DNA of 64,000 nt from Octopus sinensis (Eukaryota): positions 32,364,001-32,428,000 of the forward strand of contig NC_043014.1 in the NCBI RefSeq assembly GCF_006345805.1, read 5' to 3'. A program made the position numbers and the translations under genes. The notes beneath the pieces were generated by a model that was not told where the DNA came from, ran no database searches, and worked only from the letters and a program-made list of their open reading frames with translations. Below, in pieces: positions 24,274 to 37,197 of this stretch. Position 1 is the first letter of the stretch, and every line of letters starts with the position of its first letter.

Positions 24274-24382
24274 CGGTTTATTTAATTTATATTAAAATTT
24301 TATGTATTGATTAAGTCTTTCCTTGTTTGGTTTTAAAATAGTGGTTTTGTCTCGAATTATATTATATATATATATATATATA

Positions 24383-24433
<51 letters not shown>

Positions 24434-24654
24434 GTGTGTGTGTTTATCCTCTACCATTGCTTGACAGCTGTTGTTAGTATGTTTATGTCCCTGTAACAAA
24501 GCAGTTCAGCAAAAAGAGACCTATAGAATAAATACCAGGCTTATAAAGAAAGCAAATACCAGGGTCAATACATTTGACTAAAAATACTTAAAGGCAGTGC
24601 CCTAGCATGACCACAGCCTAATGACTGAAACAAGTAAAAAAAAAAAAGATAAAA

Positions 24655-25545
24655 GAACCTGCAGAGCTGGTAAGCTGAAGGACTGCACCAGACTCCAGTC
24701 TGATTTGGCATGGTTTTCTACAGCTGGATGCCCTTCCTAATGCCAACCACTCTATTTACATAATGGGTGCTTTTACGTACCATTATCAACTTGATAGGTC
24801 TTCTTCTCAAGCATGACATAATGCCAACGGTCTCAGTCATTGCCTTCGTGAGGCCTAATGCTTAAAAGGAATTTGGCTACTTTGACTCCGTGAAGCCAAA
24901 CACTTGAAAGGAACATGGCCACTTTGCCTACATGAGGCTCAATGCCTGAAAAGAACTTGGCTTCTTTGCCTCCGTGAAGCCCAACGCTTGAAAGGAACTT
25001 GGGCACTTCTGTGAGACCCAATGTTCCAATGGTGCTCTTTATGTGTCACTGGCATGATACCAACATCAGCCACGACTATGATTTCACTTGACTTGACAGG
25101 TCCTCTCAAGCATAGGATGTCACCAAAAGTCTCAATCACTAGTTATTGCCTCTGTGAGGCTCAAATTTCGAAAATCATGCTTCATCACCTCATTGCACGT
25201 CTTCCTGGGTCTACTTTTACCACAGGTTCCCTCCACAGTTAGAGATCGGCACTTTTTTACACAGTTGTCCTCATCCATATGCATCACATGACCACACCAG
25301 TACTGTCATTTCTCTTGCACACCACATCTGATGCCTCATGCCTAACTTTTCCCTCAAGATGTTTACACTCTGTCGAACATGCACACTGACATTGCACATC
25401 CAAAACAACATACTGGTTTCATTTCTTTCAAGCCTATGCATGTCCTCGGCTGTCACAGTCCATGTTTCACTCCCATGTAGCATCACTGTTCAGACACAGA
25501 CATCATACAATCTGCCTTTCACTCTGACAGAGAGGCCCTTTGTTG
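24655..25545 (-). mobile_element. RTE-type LINE 3' portion: ORF2 end, 3' UTR with 42-bp tandem repeats, and the shared tail
   Basis: MLHGSETWTVTAEDMHRLERNE... at 25486-25271. Repeats at 24848, 24890, 24932, 24974. Tail GGAAGGGCATCCAGCTGTAGAAA. Confidence 0.85.
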
Positions 25546-25978
25546 CTTTTGTTGCTATGTTTTAAAGAAGATTAAAGAATATCGGGATGCAGCAAGCATC
25601 CAAACTCAAGATTTAAGACAAATTGGCCTTGAAAGAAAGTTAAATAATTGAGGAATGTGGAAGACCAGATTACTAGGGAAAAAAAGTTTATTTTTAATGG
25701 GCTTTGGACAAATTTTAAAGAAAAGCTTGGCAACTTATTCCATATGATGCAGTCAAACAAATGAGCAAAAATATAACATCTTTTTCAACACATGGTTTCA
25801 CATCAGGAATTTTGCAAAACAAATTCATAAGCAATACTAAGGATAATTATGCAAAAATTGTATGATCCAGAAATTTTAGAACAGTTTTAGAGAATACAAA
25901 GAAGATGTGTTTATTTGGATTGGTTGATTCAATAAGTTTAGAAAACATAAATTGGCCCTAGAAGAAAATTAAAGCTCA

Positions 25979-26198
25979 CGAGGTAGTGCTGAAAAGTTCC
26001 TGGCTTTAAGTGTATTGCAAAAGGCCGTGGTGGGGGGACAACCTTCTGTTTTCTTTTACAGGGTTTAGAAATACTGAAGGACCACTGCAATAAGTGTGTA
26101 AATCTGAGAAGGGGAATATATTGAATAAAATCATAATTAACTGATCTTCCTGGATTTTCTTTTACCTAAAACCAGGAATTTTTCAGCACCCACCTTTT
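25979..26198 (+). mobile_element. Mariner-derived MITE (~220 bp)
   Basis: TIRs GTGCTGAAAAGTTCCTGG / CCAGGAATTTTTCAGCAC. The interior retains a transposase C-terminal remnant (..NKCVNLRREYIE*). Confidence 0.75.
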
Positions 26199-26759
26199 AT
26201 AATTTCTGAATGAGGTTGACTAAATTGTTTGAAGAAAAGGCTTATTTTCAATCGTCTTTGGACAAATTTTAAAGAAAATCTTCGTAACTTATTTGACAAA
26301 GCTGAATATGATATAGTCAAACAAGTAAGCAAAAACAAAACTAAGGATGATTGTGCAAAAATTGAGTGATCTAGAAATTTTAGAAGAGTTTTAGTGGAAG
26401 CAATGAGAATGTATTTAATTGAAATGGTTGAGAATTAATATTCATTAAATTTAGAAAACAAAAAAATTTTTCTAAATATTCTAAAAACTTTTAAATATGA
26501 AAAAGATTTTTTGATAATTCAACTTTAACAAAACTTTAACAAGAATTTCTCCAGCTTCTCAACCCACATCTAGTGTTTGAGATGATGGTAATTTAGTTAA
26601 ATCTTATGACAAAACTAAAGTGCCCCGACCACCACCACCACCACCACCAAAAAAGAAAAGAAGGAAATATATACAACAAGCTTAGTCTTCTTGATGTGAG
26701 ACTGGTTAAATATTTTATTAATGGAGAGAACAACTTCAGCAACATCCTATGCAGCAGGT

Positions 26760-27269
26760 TCGGGAGAAAATCCTGATGATGATGATGATAGTGGTGATTA
26801 TGATGATGATGAGGAGAATAATTATAGTGGTAGAGATGATGATGATGATCATGATCATGATGATGGTGGTGGTGGTGGTGGTGGTAGTGGTGATGATGAT
26901 GTCAACAACAGTGATGATGAAGACGATGGTGATGATGACAACAATGATGACGATGACTGTGGCAATGATAACAATGACAATACCAGGGCTGATGAAAACG
27001 AGACGATGACAATGATAATGTGGATGAAGGACGCTGCGATGATGAGATGGATGCTTATAACGTCATTGACACTGATGACTATGATAGCAAGAACAACAAC
27101 CACAACAATGATGATTACAAGGGCAATGACAATAACATTGATGATGACAGTGATAGCAGCAGCAACAGCAGTGGCAGTAGTAGTGGTGGTGGTGGTGGTA
27201 GAGGAGGAGGAGGAAGAGCTGGTGGTAGTGGTGGTGGTGGTGGTGATGGTGGTAGCGGTGGTGGTGGTG

Positions 27270-27323
<54 letters not shown>

Positions 27324-27400
27324 TTGGTGGTAGTGGTAATAGTAGTAGTGGTGGTGGTGGTGGTGGGGTTGACAATGATAACAGTGATGACGATGATATA
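26760..27400. repeat. Compound GAT/GGT/AGT/AAC trinucleotide microsatellite
   Basis: Direct reading. The overlapping poly-D/V/G/S ORFs are artefacts. Confidence 0.9.
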
Positions 27401-27934
27401 TATTTTAATAAATTCATATATTTAAACTGTCTCCCAATAAAACATCACCATCTGGCTCAACACTTCTTCATGTATTGAGGCCAAGTCTCTGCTATTTCAT
27501 GATCTTTCAGTATCTTGATACACCCAATGCCTTCTGCAACAAACCAGAAACTGTGGTTCTTATTCTCTTGTTACCTCCACGAGTCTCTAAAGCATCAAAT
27601 AAAATCATTGGCATTGTTCTTCCTCTTCTCACTAAACCATATATTAATATATATATTGGCTTCAAATTTTGGCACAAGGCCAAACAGATCTTAGGCAATG
27701 GGATAAGTTGATTACATCAACCCCAGTGCTCACTTTTATTTTTCAAGGCCTGGTACTTGTTCTGTCATGGTCTTTGCTGAACTGGTGAGTTCTGTGGATG
27801 TAAACACACCAACACTGATTGTCATGTGGTGGTGGGGGGACAAACACTGACACAAAGGCACACACACATACACGTGTACACACACACACATACACACACA
27901 TACATACATATATATATATATATATATGAATAAC

Positions 27935-28278
27935 AGAATGGCTTCCGTGTCGGTGGCACGTAAAAAGCACCATCCGAATCGTGGCCGAAACCAGTGCCGC
28001 CTCGACTGGCTTCCGTGCAGCTGGCACGTAAAATGCACCAATCCAACCATGGCCGATGCCAGCCTCGCCTGGCACCAGTGCAGGTGGCACGTAAAAAGCA
28101 CCCACTACACTCTTGGAGTGGTTGGCGTTAGGAAGGGCATCCAGCTGTAGAAACTTTGCCAGATAAGACCAGAGCCTGGGGCAGCCTTCTGGCTTCCCAG
28201 ATCCTCAGTCGAACCGTCCAACCCATGCTAGCATGGAGAACGGACGTTAACGATGATGATGATGATGATGATGATGAT
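27935..28278 (+). mobile_element. RTE-type LINE 3' end with (GAT)n tail, nested in a minus-strand CORE SINE (27715-28560)
   Basis: Family tail is present and SINE halves flank it. Confidence 0.85.
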
Positions 28279-28939
28279 ATATATATGAGCATAGGCTCGA
28301 AACATTAAAGACTTCTTCACTTGACGAGCAAGAAACTAATACATCTGTTTGTTGTCTACATCACCTGTCTTCATCTTTTGTTTTTTTGTGAATTCTCCCT
28401 ATATATGTGACAGGCTTCTTTCAGTTTCCATCTACCAAATCCATTCACAAGGCTTTGGTTGACTCAAGGCAATAGGAGACACTTCCCCGAGATGCCACAC
28501 AATGGGACTGAACCTGGAACCATGTGGTTAGGAAGCAAACTTCTAACCATATAGCCACCCCTCTGATGTGTGTGTGTGTCTGTGTATGTGTGTGCATGTG
28601 TGTGTATTATGTGAATATTGACTAATGGCTACATAGGTAGCTCAATAAATAGATAGGTAGTTAGACAAACAAGTATATATATTAATATTTTGCTTAGGCA
28701 GAGTGAGACTAATAACTTGTGCAGAACTCAATATATGTACGCTTTATATATTTGATGAGTATAGAGTGGTGATAAAGAAAAAAGAGATGACAGTGGAAAA
28801 AACAAAGATTATGAAATGAACTTCATTAGCTTAGAGTTGTTTCTGCTATAAATTGCAGTGGACTCTTAGCTGAGTACCTGGATAACATCCTATAGCTTCA
28901 TTGGAGCCTTGAATATGAAGTGCACTTTATTTGGGAGAA

Positions 28940-28985
28940 TTACATTTTCAGAACATACAGGTGCTATATATAGAGCGAGAGAGAC

Positions 28986-29016
<31 letters not shown>

Positions 29017-29073
29017 TATATATATATATATATATACACATATATACATACATATACATATACATATATACAT

Positions 29074-29112
<39 letters not shown>

Positions 29113-29284
29113 CACACATATATATGTATATACATATATGTATTATATATATACACACACACACGCATATATATATACACATACATATGCATGTGTGTGT
29201 ATATATATATATATACATATATATATATACATATACATATATATATATAGATATATATACATACATATAGATTAATAAATAGAT

Positions 29285-29358
<74 letters not shown>

Positions 29359-30374
29359 GTATGTAGCTTGGCAGGTAGGTAATTAGTTATACTCTTGCAA
29401 TTTGATTTGGACTCTCTGAGATAACAAGATTAAATCCAGAATTATCCATTAGTTATATGATAATGAAAGTTTCAACAACATCGATAATCGCAACAACAAC
29501 AATATTCTCTACAACAACTACCAAAACCACCACAACCAAAAAAGCAGTCACAACAACAACAACAACAACAACAATCACCATCACTTCCACCACCACCACC
29601 ACCACCACAGTCTCAATAACAACGACAATGATGGTAAGAGTAGCAAACAGAATTTGAGAACCCAAAATCTGAGAGCCAACAAATAAATATACAAACAATA
29701 ATAAAATTAAATCAATTAAAATTTTATAAAATAAGGAAAAGAAATTTAAAATATAAGATTTAAACAAGAAAAAAATAACAGCATACAAGAACACAGGGAA
29801 AAAATATATAAAAGAAAGGTTTGTAAAAACAAGAAAAAATTGAAACAAATTAAGAACATAGATGGAAAAATAAAAGACAAAAAATAATGGATATCAGAAT
29901 AAAACCAAGAATATGGCAACAACAGCAATAATATGAAGAACAAGAAATAAAAGAATGGATAAAAATGAAGATGAAGATGAAGATGATGAAGAAGGAGAGA
30001 AACATGAATGACAAGCAATTGAAATGAGAAGAAATGTCCATTTTTAATTAAGGGATATCTGATCCTGTGATGAAATAATGATAGTGCCAGAAGCTAGGCA
30101 AACACATCTTATTAATAGCTCTTTGCTTTCTTTTTCCTCTTTTGTGTAGGTAGTATGTTCAATGCTTTGGAGTTTGGTAAAGGGAGAAACATGTGTGTGT
30201 GGTTTATGTATATAGGCACACACACACACACGTATTATATACACGCATACAAGCATACATACATACACACACACACACATATATATATATGCATTTATGT
30301 ATGTATGTGTGTATATATATATATGTATGTATGTATATATATATATATATACACATACATACACATATATATGC

Positions 30375-30448
<74 letters not shown>

Positions 30449-30491
30449 CATATATACATATATATATATATACATATATATACATATATAC

Positions 30492-30549
<58 letters not shown>

Positions 30550-30860
30550 ATGTATATATATTTGAGGTTCATTTTGTGTTCTCTCTCTTCATTATCTTAT
30601 TTTTCGTTATTTGTCTATTTAATATTTATGTGTTTATGCATATAATTCTAGCTCCCTGCTTTCCTATTTAATCAACAGACAAACAGTAAGCTAGACATTC
30701 AGACAGACAGGCAGGCAGGCAGACATGCAAGCAGGTAGGTATGTAAGTTGGTAGGTAGGTAAGTAAGTAGGTAGGTAAGTAGGTAGGTAGGTAGGTAGGT
30801 AAGTAGGTAGGCAAGCAGATAGACAGACAGACAAACATCATCATCGTCATCATCATAGTT
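28940..30860. repeat. Cluster of TA, CA, GATA, AAC and GGTA microsatellites and A-rich low-complexity DNA
   Basis: Direct reading. Confidence 0.9.
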
Positions 30861-32979
30861 GTCAACATTATTCTCATTTTAGCATTTGTCTTTGAATTAT
30901 GGCTGGGTTGAATGGGTCTGCAAACACTCATTAGCTATTCTTTTTATTGAGTCATCTCCTCTGTGAGGCTCTACAAGCTGAGACTTAATGATATCACTTC
31001 TTCCTGTGTCTAACTTTGTGTTTCGCTTCTATGTTCCTTCCACTCAAAGCAGCACCATGCAGTATTTCACCGCACCTTCAGTATATATTAATATCACATT
31101 TCCATACCAATGCAAGTGGAGGTGTGTGGTTTAGTGGTTAGGGTGTTGTACTCATGATTGTAAGATTGTGGTTTCAATTCCTGGAATGTGCAATGCCTTG
31201 TGTTCTTAAGCAAAACACTTCATTTCACGTTACTTCAGACCACTCAGCTGGTAAAAATGAGTAATCTTGCAATGGACTGGCACACCATCCAGGTGGAGAT
31301 TTGTATACCATAAAAACTGGGAAACCAGTCTTTATGAGTTGGTATGATTCAAAAAGGTAACTTTATCTTTACCTTTTTTTATACCGATGCAAGTTCTCTT
31401 TTCTGGATGTCATCATCATCATCATCATCGTTTAACGTCCACTTTCCATAAACGTCTGCTTTCTATGTTAACGTCCGCTTTCCATGGTTGTCGATACCTT
31501 TAATGACCAGTCATTCCATCAGTTTAGCTAAGCCTACACTCATATGTGAGTGAACATTACATGCCTTTGATCCTAAGTTTGCTTAATTAGATGAGCCTTG
31601 CTGAAACATGATAATGATTAAAGAAAGTTGTTTCGTTTAGCCCCCAAGTGAGCCCTGATCAGACTTATGGCCAAGGAAGGATATTTTGTTTAACCCCAAT
31701 TGAGTTTTGGTCAAACAGACCTGTGATCAAAAACATTCCAGATAGATCTCTTTTTGAGCCAATGCAGAGTCCTCTATGAGGTCCAGCTTGCAAGAGATAA
31801 CTGTTAAATCTTCCTCAAATCTCACTCTACCATTTTAAAGTCCTTTGTTACCAACAGAAGAACAGTTCTGTAAAGTTTTTTTTTTTTTTCACTCCTTTAC
31901 TCTAGCTATTTTGCTTTTCTTGCATACACTTCAAGCACTAGTTGCTGTTGTATAACCCCATATTAGCCCTGACAGAGCAATCCAGTAGTACACATGTTAG
32001 CAAAATGACTAGGTACAATCCACAGAACCATAGCCTTCACTCAGTGCCAGATTTAGGCTTGGTGAGGACCCCTAAGCTATATAAAGCTTTTATCCCACCA
32101 CCTGTTAATACATTACACTAGAAGGCCTCACAAAAACATATATGCCCTTTAACTATTTCTAAGGCCCCCATTGATTGCAAGACTCTAATCTGAGTTTCTT
32201 CAAGTTTTTAACTATATCTGGAATTGCTTTCACTGAGCTGAGAACCATATTACACATATAATTAAGTGGTAAGGAAGTGTATGATGTACTGTGATAATCT
32301 GAATGTGTATGATTGTCTGTTCATATTCAAGCTCTGTGCAACAAAATTTTAATTTTTTCATCTTTGATCAGTAAATGTTATTTCTTATTTGCTTCTATCT
32401 AGAAATCAAACGGAGTTACTACTATACCCTTCAAACTTTGTTTTTGTGACCTGGATATCAATGTTTTGAAACTAACCTATTTTCCATAACATTTCAGATA
32501 GATTCAGTACTGAGTTGCTGAAACAGAAATATTGTTATAGTAAATATTTTACTTGTGGAGGCACAAGTAAAACTTAACATGCAATCATATGATCCCATAT
32601 GATTGACCATATTATCGAGTCAACAACTTTGCTGCTTCAAATGAAAGCATGCCATAAAATATCTTCCTTTGGCACACATACGCACACACACACACACACA
32701 CACTCTAGGTAAGACTTCTGAATGACTTACGTTATTTCTTGCTGTGTGCATGTGCAAAATTGCAAATCCAATTGAAATCACCTTTTTCTATTCTGTAATT
32801 TGTGCTTGTGATGAGCATATTTAAAAACCTGATCTTTGATATAAACTTAAAAGGAAGTTTTCCCAGAAATCCTGTCCTTTGCTTGTTGTTTCTAGCATGT
32901 CCAAGGCAATATTTGTGCTCCCGCCCATATTGCTTTCCTAAATTTCTTCTAATTCCTTTGTTTTCAATACAGAAGATTA

Positions 32980-33620
32980 GGATTTCACCCAAAAAACACA
33001 TCCTTGATATTTTAATTTTCTCCTTCCCCACCCCAGTTTCTTCATTTTTATTTTTTCCAAATTTTTTTCGTGGTAATCCACACAGAAAAACAGAGTACAA
33101 ATCTTAAACAATTTTCTTCTTCCTTTTTTTCTTAAAGAAACACTAAAATCTCCTTTCCAAACATCCACCCATCACTTCACCACTTTCAAAAAGCTACAAA
33201 CTCCCAATGTTTCACTTTAAGCTTTTTGGAAAGTGGGGAAGTTTCTTCAGAAATAATGTCATTTACCTGTTGTTTCTAGCATGTCGGGTTTTCTGGTGGT
33301 GGCCTGGTATTTTTTATGTTTGCTGTTTCAGTACAATTCTACACATGCATGAGATATCAGATGAAAGTGAAACATAGGGAGGTTTTAGCTTTTTAAAAGC
33401 AGGTAGGTGATGGGTATGCGAGGTGGAGGAAGAGGCATTGAGTGTTTTTTCAAGAAAAATTAAACTTTACAAAAAAACATATTTCCCAGATTTGTAATTT
33501 TTATATTTTTCTATGTGGATAAAAAAAATTTTTTTTTAAAGTTATATATTAAGAAATTATTGTGGGGACAGAGGTAGAAATTAAAATTTTGCAAATGTGA
33601 TTTCTGGGCAAAATCGTATT
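32980..33620. repeat. Old, diverged long inverted repeat (~240-bp arms, ~140-bp spacer)
   Basis: For example AAAAGCTACAAACTCCCAATGTTTCACTTT (33189-33218) versus AAAGTGAAACATAGGGAGGTTTTAGCTTTT (33364-33393). Further outer blocks also pair. Confidence 0.65.
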
Positions 33621-34651
33621 AACCCCCTTTTATATGATGAAACAATACATAGTTTGTAATCCTTCTTAAGAACAGGAAGCACTTTCATGCAAACCCATGC
33701 AAATTGTATCGCCCCCACCTTTTACTTTTAAACAAACAATAACTTCCATTATGCCATTAACTATATACCAGTGGTGCCGATTCTGCCCATAAGAAAGGAG
33801 CAAATAATACAATGTGGCTGTAGGTCATAACATCCAGGCAACGCCAGGATGCATTGCTAGTTCATATGTATAATATTTGTGTGTCTGTGCTTGTCCCCCA
33901 CCACCATCACTTGACAACTGATGTTGGTGTGTTTACATCCACATAACTTAGCAGTTCAGTAAAAGAGACTGATAGAATTAATTAGTACTAGGCTTACAAA
34001 AAATAAGTTCTGGGGTTGATTTGTTCGACTAATGGTGGTGCTCCAGCATGGCTGCAATTAAATGACTGAAACAAGTAAAAAAATAAGAGAATATATATGT
34101 ATGTATGTGTATGTGTGTGTGTGTGTGTGTGTGCGTGCATGCGTGTGCAACACGTTTCTGTGCTATCAATTTCTTCTCATGAGGTATATTGTTCTCATTT
34201 TCAGATTAGAAAACATTTGCGGAAGAAGCCACACATAATGGGAGTGAACCTGAAATCTCATAGCTGCCAAATGAACATGTTAACCACCATACCAGCCAAG
34301 CATGTACACTTACATTATATTTACTCACCCACCACCAAAACCACCACCAATACCACCACCACCACCACCACCACCACCACTGTCCCTTTCTTCTCTGCTA
34401 TTTTCTAAAGGACACTGGTTTATTTATAGTGTGACATGGTAGTATTGTAAATAATGAGTATCTGAGATAAATCTGGACGGAATGGTGTTGATGCCAGAGT
34501 TTCTCAGTCTTTTGGTCCCTCAATAATTTCCATTCCACATTACCTGTCATTACAGCACACCTTTTCATCAATCATGTCTTACCTTCATCGTATTTTAGTC
34601 TTCATTTAGCCTTTCTCTTTCTATCTCTCTTCCTCTGTCTTTTCTCACTAA

Positions 34652-34685
<34 letters not shown>

Positions 34686-34989
34686 GTCCTTCTCTCTATC
34701 TCTATCTCTCTCACTCATTCACTCAATCACTCTTTCTGTCTCCTTCTTTTTCTCTCTCAAGCTTTAGCATTCTTAAGTTTCTTTCTCAGGGTTCCCTCTG
34801 ACTCAATCTCCTTTCCTTCTCTAAATCTTTCTTTTGTCTCTCTCCTCTTTCACCACCACTCTTTCTCCCTCCCTTCCTCTCTCTATTTCTCTCACACTCT
34901 CTCTCATTCTATCCATCTATATCTTTCTTTCTCTCTTTCTTCCTCCATTACAGCCTTCAAATCACTGAATAAATATATCATCCTTTAGC

Positions 34990-35111
34990 AATTTTGCTAC
35001 ATTATTATTACCACCACCACCACTGCTGCTGCCTCCACCACCACCACCACTACTATGACTACCACCATTACCATCACCACCACCACCACCATCACCACCA
35101 CCACCACCACC

Positions 35112-35144
<33 letters not shown>

Positions 35145-35233
35145 ACTACTACTACTACTACTACTACTACCACTACTACTACCACTACTACTACCACTAC
35201 TACTACCACTACTACTACCACTACTACTGCTGA

Positions 35234-35266
<33 letters not shown>

Positions 35267-35285
35267 CACAACTACTACTACTATT
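34990..35285. repeat. CAC/TAC/TGC trinucleotide microsatellite
   Basis: Direct reading. Confidence 0.9.
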
Positions 35286-35778
35286 AGCTAGGTTACACTA
35301 CTGCTGTTTTAAGATGTTATTATGGAGGTGTGCTCTTCTATATGAAGCATAGATGGTAAAGTTGATAGGTGTTCCGAAGACCCAGCCAACCATGAAGTCA
35401 AAGCTTCATAACGGTATCACTAATACATGCAGTAATACAGATTTGATAGAGAACTAAACTTCCCGCCCAGCCATGAGGACAGATATTTTATATCTTGTCA
35501 CCAATACACGAAACATAGATGGTAAAGTCGATAGGGCACTAGACACCCACCTAGTCGTGATGACAAAGTTTTAAATACTATTACTTGAGTATCCAACAGA
35601 TGGTAACCCGGTTATAGAGTAAGAGGCACTCACTCACCCAGCCATAAGGTTAGAAGGTTGTATCTTATCGCCAGTGTTTCATAGTAACTGTGATAAAATC
35701 TCTAAACATTTTAACAATTAACCCTTTTGATACCAACCTGCTTAAAACTACCCCTGATTGTACAATACAAATTCAGTT

Positions 35779-36800
35779 TTAACCCTTTAGCATTTAAACT
35801 GGCTACATCTGGCTGAAATATTCGACCTGTTTTAGGTTTAAACTGGCCAGCTCCAGCCTTTCATACCTGCTCCACAATATCATCCTGAAAATAAACAGTC
35901 ACATTATTGAAGTCACAAAAGTGTGAGATGATGCATTATTCATTCTAAATAGTGAAATTCCTCTGAGGCCGACTTTGCCTTTCATCCTTTCGGGGTCAAT
36001 TAATTAAGTACCAGTTGTGCACAGGGACCGATCTAATTGACTGACCTCCCCCACTTCCACAAAAATGCTGGGCCTTGTGCCTAGACTAGAAAAGAATTCT
36101 AAATAGTGAGTGGCTGTGTGGTAAGTAGCTTGCTTACCAACCACATGCTTCCGGGTTCAGTCCCACCCCGTGGCACCTTGGGCAAGTGTCTTCTACTATA
36201 GCCTCGGGCCGACCAAAGTCTTGTGAGTGGATTTGGTAGACAGAAACTGAAAGAAGCTCGTTGTATATATGTATATGTATAAATATGGGTGTATGTGCTT
36301 GTGTGTCTGTGTTTTTCCCTCCAACATCGCTTGACAACCAATGCTAGTGTGTTTACGTCTCTGTAAGTTAGCGGTTCGGCAAAAGAGACTGATAGAATAA
36401 GTACTAGTCTTCCAAAGAATAAGTCCTAGGCTTTGGTCGACCCGAGCTATAGTAGAAGGCACAAGTAAAAGAGTAAAAGAGTGAAGGTGCATGGCCTTGT
36501 GGTTAGGCTGTTGCACTCATAATCACTAGATCATAGTTTCAATTCCCTGACTGGGCACAGCGTTGTGTTTTTAAGCAAAAACACTTCATTCCATATTGCT
36601 CCAGTTTCTCTTCAATGAGTGGGGAATGTTGGCCTGTGGGGTGGCATCATTGAAGGTTAAAACAACACAAAAGTGCATTGTGACCAGCGATGTGTAATGG
36701 CATCTGATAGCCTGGTCAGTTATGTGATCATGTGAATTCTAAATAATCTGAAATAATTAGCTTTACATTTGACAGACTAATATGAATACTAAATGGTTAA
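35779..36800 (+). mobile_element. TTAA-flanked piggyBac-type MITE interrupted by three SINEs
   Basis: Starts TTAA-CCCTTTAG and ends CTAAATGG-TTAA. Nested Nin SINE at 35956-36095, CORE SINE at 36108-36482 and second-family SINE at 36487-36733. Confidence 0.65.
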
Positions 36801-37197
36801 GGTGATCTAAATTAAAACCTTCCTTTAAATTTCATGTTAATTTATGCTCCAAACATCAGCTTAATAATGACAAAGTTATCTTAATAAATTCTTGATAATT
36901 TCCCAAATTACCTGAAGCAAATGCAGTGTATTTTAATAAAAATATGTTAATGAAAAAGGTTAAATCAGTTATAGCAGGCCCAGGTATTCTTCCTGTTTTA
37001 TGTTCAGACTGGCCAGATCCGGCCTCTCACACCTACCTTACAGTGTTATTCTGAAAATAAACAACCATTTTATCGCTATTTCAAAGCTATATGATGATGC
37101 CTGGTTAATTTAAAAGAATGAGAATAGATAAGCAGTGCATTTGACAAAGTAATCTGAATGCTAAAGGAATAAATCTGGAAGAAAATAGATTGGCATA

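Larger units (their letters stand above)
24039..24368. repeat. Perfect 330-bp palindrome (165-bp arms, no spacer)
   Basis: Centre ATCAAA|TTTGAT at 24203/24204. I found no mismatch in the segments checked by hand. The minus-strand copy continues to ~23961. Confidence 0.95.
23720..24650 (+). mobile_element. CORE-type SINE split by the palindromic hammerhead element inserted in its central (TA)n
   Basis: 5' half at 23720-23870 and 3' half at 24432-24650. Confidence 0.8.

Noticed and set aside
26721-27478. Poly-Asp/Val/Gly/Ser ORFs resembling an acidic or Gly-rich protein
   Set aside because: Compound trinucleotide microsatellite open in several frames on both strands, with no splice or domain support.
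28890-30671. Many YI/HT/CV-repeat ORFs (and similar ones across the window)
   Set aside because: Translations of TA/CA microsatellites.
32732-33168. Overlapping 100-120-aa ORFs on both strands
   Set aside because: Phe/Lys-rich, no recognisable domain, and overlapping a decayed inverted repeat.
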